From Nanobdellota archaeon (GTDB lineage Archaea; Nanobdellota; Nanobdellia; Pacearchaeales; JAHJTO01): a DNA stretch of 64,000 bases. The stretch lies in the NCBI GenBank assembly GCA_042572295.1, contig JBHPFA010000002.1:180-64179 (forward strand). Reading direction: 5' to 3'. The notes below the pieces were generated by a model. It was not told the DNA's origin, did no database searches, and saw only the letters and a list, made by a program, of their open reading frames with translations. Positions 45,019-53,638 of the stretch are shown one piece after another. Positions within the stretch are counted from its first letter, which is position 1, and the number at the start of each line of letters is the position of its first letter. Both the position numbers and the translations under genes were made by a program.

Positions 45019-46069
45019 TAACCCATCTAGGGCCTGAAGCCAAGCTATAAGTTATCAATTTTTCTTTTATTAATTTTTTCATAACTTCAACATTATAGTA
45101 TTTTTCATTATCCATGTCTTTCAATAAACCTGCTTTAAAGGCTTCTTCTATTTCTTTTAAGCCATCTTCTATTGAGTATTTTGCTTCAAAATTGAATATC
45201 TTTTCAAATTTTTTGAAACTTGCCCTATAAGATCTAACATCTTTACCTACATCCACTCTTTCTACTTTACTATTGGGGAAATAAGCTTGAATTACTTTTA
45301 CAAGGTCTTTTATTCTAAAATTTAGATTTTTATTACCTACATTAAATATTTGTTTATTAGTTATGGCCTTGTCTTCATCCATTATGGTGATAATGGATCT
45401 TGAAGCGTCTTTTACATGAAGGAATGGCCTGTACTGCATGCCTTCTCCGTGTAAGAAAAGAGGTTTTCCTTGTAGGATTCTTTTAGCCATAACATTAACT
45501 GCTAAATCAAACCTCATACGTGGAGAATATCCAAAAAGTGTAGCGAATCTAAGCATTGTTGTTGAAAAACTAGGGTCTGCCAAACCTAACAAAACATTTT
45601 CACATTGTAATTTTGATAAAGCATATAGAGTTACTGGGCCTACTGGAGATTGCTCATCAAGCATGTTATCTCCGCTTGCACCATAAACACTACAAGATGA
45701 AATAAATATGAATTGTTTTACACCTTCCACTTTTGCCCTTCTTGCAAGAGAGACTGTTGCTAAGAAATTAGACTGAATTGTAAGATTTGGATCTAAGTCT
45801 CCAGAAGGATCATTTGACATTCCAGATAAATGGATTACCGTATCTACTCCTTTAAGTAAATCTGGTAGATTTTCATGGTGTGAGACATCTATGTCTGTTA
45901 GCTTTAGGTTTGGATGGTCTATAAATCCCTTTAGGGGCTCTTTTCCAAAGTAGAATTGGTCTACTATATGTACTTTGTGTCCTCTTTCAAGAAGCATAGG
46001 CACTAAAACTGAACCGAGATAGCCTGCGCCACCTGTAACTAACACCTTTTTTGCTTTCTGCTCTCCCAT
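45008..46069 (-). CDS. SDR-family NDP-sugar epimerase/dehydratase
   Basis: KVLVTGGAGYLGSVLVPMLLERGHKV, SSCSVYG and LYALSKLQCE (S...YxxxK triad). Confidence 0.8.
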   Translation of the reverse strand: MGEQKAKKVLVTGGAGYLGSVLVPMLLERGHKVHIVDQFYFGKEPLKGFIDHPNLKLTDIDVSHHENLPDLLKGVDTVIHLSGMSNDPSGDLDPNLTIQSNFLATVSLARRAKVEGVKQFIFISSCSVYGASGDNMLDEQSPVGPVTLYALSKLQCENVLLGLADPSFSTTMLRFATLFGYSPRMRFDLAVNVMAKRILQGKPLFLHGEGMQYRPFLHVKDASRSIITIMDEDKAITNKQIFNVGNKNLNFRIKDLVKVIQAYFPNSKVERVDVGKDVRSYRASFKKFEKIFNFEAKYSIEDGLKEIEEAFKAGLLKDMDNEKYYNVEVMKKLIKEKLITYSLASGPRWVNEA

Positions 46070-46145
46070 CTTAGTTAAAGTTTTGTTCTATCATTTATAA
46101 ACTTTTGTGCACTATTTTATTGATATTTGGTAAGTATCTAAAAGT

Positions 46146-47969
46146 TTATTCTTCTTGCTTATAAATCAAATAAAAAGGGAATATTGTAGAGATTATTGCT
46201 AAAAAGATCATAGAAAACAAGACAACGTATGCAAAAAAATTCAATGTTTTGTCCAAAATCCCTTTGACCTCATAATAGTCATATGCTTGGGTAGGATTAC
46301 GGTCCCTAGGTAGATCATAAAAGAAAAAACTATGTGTATTTTCCACTTGTGCTAAAATTTCTGGATTCATAAGGATTTGGGTTTCATAAATTCTAAAATA
46401 TGGTGTGCTTTTAGATTCATACCTTCTATTTTTTGGAGAACCACCTCCAAAGATATCTGTTCTTTGATTTACATCACTAAATAAGTTTACAAAATTTTCA
46501 GCAGATTCATTAAGTTCTGGTTGATTTTTGATAGTCCCCCAACCACAATCATCTGGTACACATTCTATAAAGAATGTATGAACATTAACTTTCTGAGAAT
46601 CACTGCTTTGATCAGAGTTCATAACTTGAGAAAAGGTATTTGCATTAATGTACTTTTTACCACTTAACATCCAGGAAGTGTATCCTGTATAAATCCTAGA
46701 GTCTACAATAACAAGATTATTATCACCAATTTTTTCTGAAAAAGAAGTTATTTTTTCGACAGCACTTTTTGAGGACAAGCTTTCTCCAAGTTGATTAATT
46801 GAAAAAATCATCATTAAAAGTAAAAGAATAATCAACACATATTTGCCTTTGGAGAATTTTCTTAAAAATTTATTTAAATTAAATAATGAAATTCCCCCAA
46901 AAATTGCAAATAAGGGAATAAAAGAAGTATAATGTGTTTGTAAAAGAACAGATAAAATAATTATGGGTAATGGAAATAGTATCAATCCCAAAATGAATAA
47001 TTTTCTCAAATCCTTTCTATTGATTTTAGAGAAATAAACTAACCCTATCCCAAAAATTCCAAGTATTAAATTAAAAGGATCTTCTTCGAAAAAATAATGG
47101 CCAAAAACTGTTTTTACTCCTGAAAAGATTAAGGGTAGTTGAAACCCTTTCTCGTGTGCTAAACCTGGACCTTGATAAAATTCCTTATTAATATCAAGAT
47201 ACATTGAAAAGGGAAGATCCACTAATTGTTTTTCTTTAAAAAGAAAATAATTATGTGCTAAAACTGGCATGAAACAAACTAATAAAATAAGGCCAAAGAT
47301 AAAAAATCTTTTTAGATTCTCTTTAAAGAGATTCTTATCTAATTTATAATTTTTATAAAGTATTATTAACATGAAAAAGGCGAAGACTAAATCAAATAGG
47401 GGTGTAATAATCTTGGCTAAAGAAGCGATTCCCAAAAAAAGTGCGGCCAAAAGAGAAATCTTGCCACTTGATTTATACTCCTTTAAAAATAAGTAAGTCC
47501 CTATTAAAATAAAGAACATCATTGTTTGATCCATATAAACTGCAGTCCAATGTATGTGGAAAGGAGATATGGCCATTAAAAATGAGGCAAATAATCCTAC
47601 TTTTCTATTAAAAAGTTCTGATCCAAGTAGGTATACTAAAATAATTGATAATGAGCCAAAAATAATTGATAAAAATCTCGCACTAAATAAATGGACTCCA
47701 AAGATCTTGTAAGAAATGTCTGTTAAGTAAAACCATACTGGACCTTGAGTCATAACACTAAGTGGTTTTAGCTCAGAAATACCTAAAGCATGTGAACCAT
47801 GGACTACTTCATCAGGAACTGGTGGAACATGAGAAGCCACCAGAAATCTTAAGAGGATACCCAATATCAAAATAAGAATAACCCATTTTCTTTTATCACT
47901 TGAAAAAAGAAAATCTATTGCTTTATTGATAAAACCTTCATTTGTCTTACTAGAGATTTCTCCAGCCAT
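46146..47969 (-). CDS. GT-C fold glycosyltransferase (ArnT/PMT-like)
   Basis: 607 aa, polytopic. A first-loop acidic motif (VPPVPDEVVHGSH), a soluble domain and a C-terminal TM. Confidence 0.6.
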   Translation of the reverse strand: MAGEISSKTNEGFINKAIDFLFSSDKRKWVILILILGILLRFLVASHVPPVPDEVVHGSHALGISELKPLSVMTQGPVWFYLTDISYKIFGVHLFSARFLSIIFGSLSIILVYLLGSELFNRKVGLFASFLMAISPFHIHWTAVYMDQTMMFFILIGTYLFLKEYKSSGKISLLAALFLGIASLAKIITPLFDLVFAFFMLIILYKNYKLDKNLFKENLKRFFIFGLILLVCFMPVLAHNYFLFKEKQLVDLPFSMYLDINKEFYQGPGLAHEKGFQLPLIFSGVKTVFGHYFFEEDPFNLILGIFGIGLVYFSKINRKDLRKLFILGLILFPLPIIILSVLLQTHYTSFIPLFAIFGGISLFNLNKFLRKFSKGKYVLIILLLLMMIFSINQLGESLSSKSAVEKITSFSEKIGDNNLVIVDSRIYTGYTSWMLSGKKYINANTFSQVMNSDQSSDSQKVNVHTFFIECVPDDCGWGTIKNQPELNESAENFVNLFSDVNQRTDIFGGGSPKNRRYESKSTPYFRIYETQILMNPEILAQVENTHSFFFYDLPRDRNPTQAYDYYEVKGILDKTLNFFAYVVLFSMIFLAIISTIFPFYLIYKQEE

Positions 47970-48432
47970 TTTTCCCCCCCTTTATTAAAAAATAAATTAA
48001 TGAAATTTTCTTGAGGTAAAAGCCCCTGTATATTGAATGAATTGTGTCTAAAAATAAATGAAATAATGCCCCTATTAAAACATAAATGAAAAAAGGATTG
48101 AGGAAGGACAATAAAATAATTACAATGAAGGATTCAATTGTGTGGAAAACATATAACCTTTTTCTTTTATTGATTATGCCTTCTCTACATTGTTTTAAAT
48201 AGGCTTTATAGAACCAATTGAAAGCTCTTCTAACATTCAGATCTTTTTTATTAATGACATAAATGAACCAATGGTCTACATCTATGAAAAATCCTGCTGC
48301 TATAATTATCAATGCTTGAAATGGGTTTATTAATTCAAAAAATATTAAAATTGCACTAAATATCAATGTTAGAACTAAGTGAGTTTTGGGTAACATCTTA
48401 TTCCTTTGTGATCTGTTGTATAATGTTTGCAA
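47950..48432 (-). CDS. DUF457/YdjM-like membrane-bound putative metal-dependent hydrolase
   Basis: 160 aa, 4 TM. The His/Asp positions KTHLVLT, FIDVDHW, VFHT and FHLFLDT resemble DUF457. It overlaps both neighbours. Confidence 0.4.
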   Translation of the reverse strand: MQTLYNRSQRNKMLPKTHLVLTLIFSAILIFFELINPFQALIIIAAGFFIDVDHWFIYVINKKDLNVRRAFNWFYKAYLKQCREGIINKRKRLYVFHTIESFIVIILLSFLNPFFIYVLIGALFHLFLDTIHSIYRGFYLKKISLIYFLIKGGKNGWRNL

Positions 48433-50152
48433 ATGCTGGTCTTGTGATTAATACTCCGATGCTGATTCCTATCAGAGTAGTTAATGCGAATCCCCGGATT
48501 ATTCCTGCTCCTGCCCACCACAGAGGTATCATTGCTACAAAGGTTGTTGCAAATGCTCCCATGATTATGAAAAAAGCTCTTTTGATCCTTTCTTTTAGAC
48601 TGAATCTAACTGCTTGTTTTCTAGCTTCATCAATAATTATTACTTGGTCATCCACTCCAGTACCTATTGCGGCAATTATTCCTGCAATACTTGCAAGATC
48701 TAGATTCCACCTAATTAATGCTGCAGCCCCAAGAATAATTACTACCTCACTAAGTAAAGTAAGTATTACTGGTAGGACTAATTTAATATCTCTATATCTA
48801 ACAAAAATAATTATTGCTACTGCAACAATTGCAGCCAAGCCTGCTAAGATTACATTTTTGATGAATTCTTTTCCCAATAAAGAAGATATAGAATCTAATT
48901 TCTCTATACTTAATTTAACTGGAAGGCTTCCTGTAACAAGAACTGTTTGAAGGTGTATCATGTTGGCCATGGCATCATCAAAGGCTTCCTGTTGTGTTGC
49001 TCCTGATCCTGGACCAGTGATTGCTATATTTGTTGTTGCTTTCCCTTTAAGGTTAGCACTTATTTGAAGGGTGTCTACAAGAGAATCATCCAAGTATAAA
49101 TCTAAAGGTTCACTTAAAATCCTACTCCCTGAGGCAGTTATATTTTCTGAAAGTTCTCCTGTTAGTTCTGCTTGTTTTTTTGCAGCTTTTTGGCTTAAGT
49201 AAATAACAAATTCAAAAGTACAGACTTGTCCTTGTCCAGAAGGTTGACATTCCCTTATACCTGCACATTTAGCATCATTTCTACAAACACTTGTTATGTC
49301 TTCTTTTCCGCCAATGAATACTGTATCATTCCCAATCTTTGCTTCAAACTTTCCTTGTTGTCCTATTAATTCTTCCAACTCTGCAGGTGTTGTTCCTGCG
49401 ACTTCAATAAGCATGAACGTATTTCCACTTAAATCTGTTGCAGATCTAACAATAACATCTGAAAGACCAAAAACATTAAGCCTTTCTTTAGTGATTGTAA
49501 TTAAGTCATCCATATCCCCTGTAGAGAAGTTCCCTACAGGTTTTACCAAAGCCTTTGATCCCCCTGACAAATCTAATCCTGCTTTAATATTAGACTTGGG
49601 AATAGGTCCTGCAGTCATATCTAAGGAAGTTGTAAAGAAAACATATTTTCCTTTATTTGTTTGTAAGTCCAACTTTACTTTAGGTTCTAATTTATTTTTC
49701 AAAGAATAAAATCCTGTTTGATCTTCAATTTCTTCTCCGTTTACTTCTAAAACAACAATCCCTTTAGCAAGACCTTCTGCACTTGCTTCTTTTAATACAG
49801 AAGTAATTGTGAGATTTTCATCAATTTCAAAACCTACTTTAAAACTTTCATATTCGAAGGTTTCATTTTCAGTTTCTATAGTCCACCCAATAGGTTCTAT
49901 TTCTTTAAAGATCTCATTTGTAACTTCACTGAATTCAATTAAAGAGGTTATTTTTTGCCCATTAACACTACTAATTATTTCTCCCCTTTCTATCCCCTCT
50001 AATGAAGCTTGAGAGTTGGGAGCAATAGTTTTTATTTGAACTCCTTCTTTAAAATAACCTGTTGGATTTATTGCAATAACTGATGCTATTAAAATGAATA
50101 CTACTAACCATAATCTAAATGTCATTCTCATTTTCTTTTCTCCATATACCAC
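48398..50152 (-). CDS. secD: Protein-export membrane protein SecD
   Basis: 584 aa: an N-terminal TM, a large extracytoplasmic domain and a 5-TM C-terminal block with AAIGTGVDDQVIIIDE. Confidence 0.8.
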   Translation of the reverse strand: MVYGEKKMRMTFRLWLVVFILIASVIAINPTGYFKEGVQIKTIAPNSQASLEGIERGEIISSVNGQKITSLIEFSEVTNEIFKEIEPIGWTIETENETFEYESFKVGFEIDENLTITSVLKEASAEGLAKGIVVLEVNGEEIEDQTGFYSLKNKLEPKVKLDLQTNKGKYVFFTTSLDMTAGPIPKSNIKAGLDLSGGSKALVKPVGNFSTGDMDDLITITKERLNVFGLSDVIVRSATDLSGNTFMLIEVAGTTPAELEELIGQQGKFEAKIGNDTVFIGGKEDITSVCRNDAKCAGIRECQPSGQGQVCTFEFVIYLSQKAAKKQAELTGELSENITASGSRILSEPLDLYLDDSLVDTLQISANLKGKATTNIAITGPGSGATQQEAFDDAMANMIHLQTVLVTGSLPVKLSIEKLDSISSLLGKEFIKNVILAGLAAIVAVAIIIFVRYRDIKLVLPVILTLLSEVVIILGAAALIRWNLDLASIAGIIAAIGTGVDDQVIIIDEARKQAVRFSLKERIKRAFFIIMGAFATTFVAMIPLWWAGAGIIRGFALTTLIGISIGVLITRPAFANIIQQITKE

Positions 50153-51042
50153 TTAAGCAATGAAGCATTCATCAACCAAGTAGCAATCAAATCTACTGAA
50201 AGCCCTATAGATAATACAAGGAATACTTGTTTCAAAACGGGTGAAACAACTAAAAAGTATGCAACTAAAACTGCAACTAATGAAGTGATAGTCATTGTTA
50301 AACCAGTTTTTAATGCTCCCAAAAATCTTTGATTTAAGGGTTCTTCTTTTCTTTTCAAAACTCTTGTTGTAAGCAAAATATCTGTATCTACACTGTAACC
50401 GATTAACATTAAGAATGCTGCAAGCCCTGCCGTAGATATCCTTATACCTGCAAAATTGATTATTGCTAGTGGAACGACTAAATCCATGAATGCTGATAAT
50501 ACTACATAAGTACTTGGTAATGCTGATCTAAAGATTATGAAGACTACAATAACCATGAAGATAAAAGCCAGAACTACTGAGAAAATTAATTCCCTATAGA
50601 AAGAATTACTTAAGGAAGATCCTGTAAACTCTAAACTTGAGTTTTCAGTATCTAATTCATAATCTAATAATTTTTCAACAGCAGATTTTAGTTCATTATG
50701 ATCTCCTTGAGTTTCTAGAGTTATTGCAATTTGCTTGCCACTTGTAAAATCAGTTAGTTTCCTTAAGATAATGTCTTCAAATTCAGGCTTTAGTTCTTTT
50801 TCTAAATCCTCTAGTGAAAGGCCTTCACCAAAAATAGTTAAGGTTGTTCCCCCTGTAAGAGTCACATCTTTATTTACAATATCTCCAGTGTTTGCATAAA
50901 AAACAAATAGGTAAATTAGAGCTACAGAAATCAATAAAGCTGGAACTATTAAGAATAATTTGTAATACTTATCGTAATTAAATCTGAAGGGTTCTTTCTT
51001 TACCTCTTCTTTAGTTTCATTATGACTTTCTTCTTGATCCAT
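50128..51042 (-). CDS. secF: Protein-export membrane protein SecF
   Basis: 304 aa. The RND-like TM block carries LIGYSVDTDILLTTRVLKRKE. It overlaps secD by 25 nt. Confidence 0.8.
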   Translation of the reverse strand: MDQEESHNETKEEVKKEPFRFNYDKYYKLFLIVPALLISVALIYLFVFYANTGDIVNKDVTLTGGTTLTIFGEGLSLEDLEKELKPEFEDIILRKLTDFTSGKQIAITLETQGDHNELKSAVEKLLDYELDTENSSLEFTGSSLSNSFYRELIFSVVLAFIFMVIVVFIIFRSALPSTYVVLSAFMDLVVPLAIINFAGIRISTAGLAAFLMLIGYSVDTDILLTTRVLKRKEEPLNQRFLGALKTGLTMTITSLVAVLVAYFLVVSPVLKQVFLVLSIGLSVDLIATWLMNASLLKWYMEKRK

Positions 51043-51063
51043 AAAAATTGAATTATATGAATA

Positions 51064-51071
51064 TTTAAAAA
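51064..51071 (+). promoter_or_regulatory. TATA-box candidate (TTTAAAAA) for tRNA-Gly
   Basis: The box ends 23 nt before the first tRNA base (51095). The same TTTAAAA-type box sits at the same spacing before the other stand-alone RNA genes in this window. Confidence 0.5.
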
Positions 51072-51094
51072 GCTTTAGTTAGTTAGGGGATTGA

Positions 51095-51166
51095 GCGCCG
51101 ATCATCTAATGGCTAGGATAGTTGCCTTCCAAGCAACTTGTCTGGGTTCGAATCCCAGTCGGCGCA
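51095..51166 (+). tRNA. tRNA-Gly (anticodon TCC at 51128-51130)
   Basis: Hand-folded cloverleaf. Acceptor GCGCCGA/TCGGCGC, D-stem ATCT/GGAT, anticodon stem GTTGC/GCAAC with loop CTTCCAA, T-arm CTGGG-TTCGAAT-CCCAG, discriminator A. No encoded CCA. Confidence 0.9.
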
Positions 51167-51198
51167 TGTTTTTCTCCAAATATGCCATTAAGAATAAA

Positions 51199-51273
51199 CG
51201 AGACTGGAAGGATTCGAACCTTCGACCTACGCCTTAGGAGAGCGCCGCTCTATCCAGACTGAGCTACAGTCCC
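51199..51273 (-). tRNA. tRNA-Arg (anticodon CCT; plus-strand AGG at 51236-51238)
   Basis: The reverse complement folds as acceptor GGGACTG/CAGTCTC (one G-U), D-arm GCTC-AGTCTGGATA-GAGC, anticodon loop CTCCTAA and T-arm GAAGG-TTCGAAT-CCTTC. Confidence 0.9.
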
Positions 51274-51295
51274 ATGAATTAACTTAAGAAGTTGG

Positions 51296-51305
51296 TTTTA
51301 AAATT
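51296..51305 (-). promoter_or_regulatory. TATA-box candidate for tRNA-Arg
   Basis: The minus strand reads AATTTTAAAA, 23-32 nt upstream of the tRNA 5' end at 51273. Confidence 0.45.
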
Positions 51306-51389
51306 GTATCGGATTGCTGAGGAGCAATTTATTTTTAAAAAGTATACAAAGGTTTAAAAGTGCCACCCTCTTTTTGTGTTTGAAAATAG

Positions 51390-52265
51390 ATGTGGGCTCG
51401 TCAGGCATGTGATAAAACAAAAATGTTTGTAAGATTAAAAAAACTTTGGGGACAGAAGAGATATCTTAAAAGATTTAGCCAGATAACAAAATATTTTACT
51501 TGTAGAGTTAAATCTATGGAGCTTGCAGTGCTTTATGCTTGTAACCAAAATTGTCCAGGGTGTTATGCTGGTGACTTGAAAAGTCCGGCCTACCTAACTA
51601 GGGATCAAATTAGAGAGATTATGAGGAAGTATAGGCCCTTCCATGTAAACATTACGGGTGGAGAGCCCCTTTTAAGAAAAGATATTTTTGAGATTATAGA
51701 AGGGATGCCGAAAGGAGTTGTAATCAGCCTTGTTACGAATGGGAAACTACTTACTAAAGAAAAATTAAGAAAATTGAAAAAGGCAGGACTTAATACACTT
51801 CAATTAAGCTATGGGGCAAATTATGATAACAATCTTGAAGTCATTAAGTCCAAAGCTGCAAGAGGAGTAAATATTTGTTTAAGTGTCACAAATACAAAGA
51901 AAAATAAAAAATATATTGAACAGGCCATTAAAGAGGCTAAATTAAATAAATGGCATGTTCTGTACAATCTTCCCTCTGGAAGTATAGCTAAGAATTTTGA
52001 TAGAGAGACTTACTTCAAATACAGAAATAATCCACTTATTAGGGAAGATAATATGTTCTGGGCTGGATGGAATAAGTGTCCTGCCGGAAACGAAAAAATA
52101 TATGTAACTGCAAAAAATGAATTAATGCCTTGTGATAGGTTACATGATGTATATCCTAATCTAAAAACCATGAGAAAAGAATTTAAACGTAAACCTTGGT
52201 GTAGTAGATTAGGAGATGTAAGAAATGAAGAATCCACTTGTGTCGGTTGTGCTTCCTGCACATAA
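51390..52265 (+). CDS. Radical SAM enzyme (small, non-B12 type)
   Basis: AVLYACNQNCPGCYAGD provides CxxxCxxC. ITGGEPLLRKD is the SAM-binding GGE motif. There are C-terminal Cys residues (CPAGN, MPCD, CVGCASC). The TATA-like GGTTTAAAAGTG lies ~30 nt upstream of ATG 51390. Confidence 0.7.
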   Translation: MWARQACDKTKMFVRLKKLWGQKRYLKRFSQITKYFTCRVKSMELAVLYACNQNCPGCYAGDLKSPAYLTRDQIREIMRKYRPFHVNITGGEPLLRKDIFEIIEGMPKGVVISLVTNGKLLTKEKLRKLKKAGLNTLQLSYGANYDNNLEVIKSKAARGVNICLSVTNTKKNKKYIEQAIKEAKLNKWHVLYNLPSGSIAKNFDRETYFKYRNNPLIREDNMFWAGWNKCPAGNEKIYVTAKNELMPCDRLHDVYPNLKTMRKEFKRKPWCSRLGDVRNEESTCVGCASCT

Positions 52266-53043
52266 TGAAGAAAAATATATTGGAGTATGTATTGAATCAC
52301 TTCTTAAACAGTCATATAATCCTATTGAGATATTTATAGTAAATGATGGTAGTACAGATAACACTGCTGAGGTTGTTAAAAAATATCCAGTAACACTTTT
52401 AAGCCAAAAAAAGAGTGGACCTGGCGCGGCATGGAACCTTGGAATGAAGCATGCTAAGGGTAAGGTCTTAATGTTCTGGGCATCAGACCATATCTATGGT
52501 GAGAATTACATTAAAGATTTAATAAAGCCAATTCTTGAAGGAGATTGTGTAAGGACGCTGCACTTAAAAGAAAAGATAGCCAATAAAAACAAACTTTGGG
52601 GTAGAGCCTGGGGAGAAAGAGATTATACAAGTATGAAAGACAAAGGGGTAAATACTGCTTCCCTCACATTAAGAGAAGTTTATGAAAAATCTGGAGGATT
52701 TGATCCTACAAAAGGCTATGCAGATGACCAATCAATTTATCATAAAATGGGCATTAAAGCAAAATTGATAGATACTGATGTGCAGCATTTTAATCCTGAA
52801 TCTTTAAAAGAGACATTTGCCCAAACAGTTTGGATTGCCACCTCCCACAAACATCCTTTGTTGATTGTCTTGGGATTGCCCTTATTTCCAGCTTATGCAG
52901 TCTACAAATCAATAAAGCACCTAAGAAAAGATCCTTATATTCATTTCTTCTGGTTTTTGCCATTCTTTTATTCAGTAAAATATTTAGGGTTCTTTACTGG
53001 GGCATTAAGAAAAATGATCTTTGGAAAGGTTACTAGGATATAA
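52225..53043 (+). CDS. GT2 glycosyltransferase
   Basis: VSVVLPAHNEEKYIGVCIESLLKQ and IVNDGSTDNT. It starts 41 nt inside the rSAM gene. Confidence 0.8.
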   Translation: MKNPLVSVVLPAHNEEKYIGVCIESLLKQSYNPIEIFIVNDGSTDNTAEVVKKYPVTLLSQKKSGPGAAWNLGMKHAKGKVLMFWASDHIYGENYIKDLIKPILEGDCVRTLHLKEKIANKNKLWGRAWGERDYTSMKDKGVNTASLTLREVYEKSGGFDPTKGYADDQSIYHKMGIKAKLIDTDVQHFNPESLKETFAQTVWIATSHKHPLLIVLGLPLFPAYAVYKSIKHLRKDPYIHFFWFLPFFYSVKYLGFFTGALRKMIFGKVTRI

Positions 53044-53053
53044 AATTAATATT

Positions 53054-53638
53054 TTATTTTTTTCTTATCTCAACTAACATTGTTGGACCAAATGGCAGTT
53101 TTAGATGAGATAATAAGTATAACATCTGATTAATTAATCCAGGCAAATTAGGTGTTTTACCTGATGTGAATGTTCTAATCAAATATAATGGAATCAAGGC
53201 TCCAAAAAGAAATTTAATCTTATATTTGATATGTAAATTTCTATTTTTCTTAAAAAATTTTCTTATATCTCTGCTGTGGTATCTTCGATAATGTCCAAGA
53301 GATTTGTCATAATCTGACCAAAGCCATTTGTAGGCTGGCACTGTAATAATAACCTTTCTTTTTGAAACTCTTATAGACTCAAGTAATGCTTTTTCCCAAT
53401 CTTCAATATGCTCTATAACATCAGATAAAATTACTGTATCAAAAGAATTGTTTTCATAAGGTAAGTCTGTTGCTCCTTCATCAATGTTTACTGCATTTGG
53501 AATCATATGGGTGCCGCAACCAACATTTAGGCAACTTCCTTTAATTAACTTCTCTATTATCTCCCTTTTATATCTAAAATAAAAATTTGATTTTCCCTCT
53601 AACCAATTTATATTAACTTTGTCCATTTCAATTTCCAC
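53054..53638 (-). CDS. Class I SAM-dependent methyltransferase
   Basis: CLNVGCGTHMIPNAVNID and FDTVILSDVIEHIEDW. Confidence 0.7.
   Translation of the reverse strand: MEIEMDKVNINWLEGKSNFYFRYKREIIEKLIKGSCLNVGCGTHMIPNAVNIDEGATDLPYENNSFDTVILSDVIEHIEDWEKALLESIRVSKRKVIITVPAYKWLWSDYDKSLGHYRRYHSRDIRKFFKKNRNLHIKYKIKFLFGALIPLYLIRTFTSGKTPNLPGLINQMLYLLSHLKLPFGPTMLVEIRKK

Noticed and set aside
48366-48950. A 194-aa plus-strand ORF, together with 49296-49709 and 49809-50012, lying entirely inside secD on the opposite strand.
   Set aside because: These are shadow ORFs antisense to a well-supported SecD gene. The peptides are low-complexity and Ile/Ala/Thr-rich with no motif. Long antisense frames are expected by chance opposite such genes.
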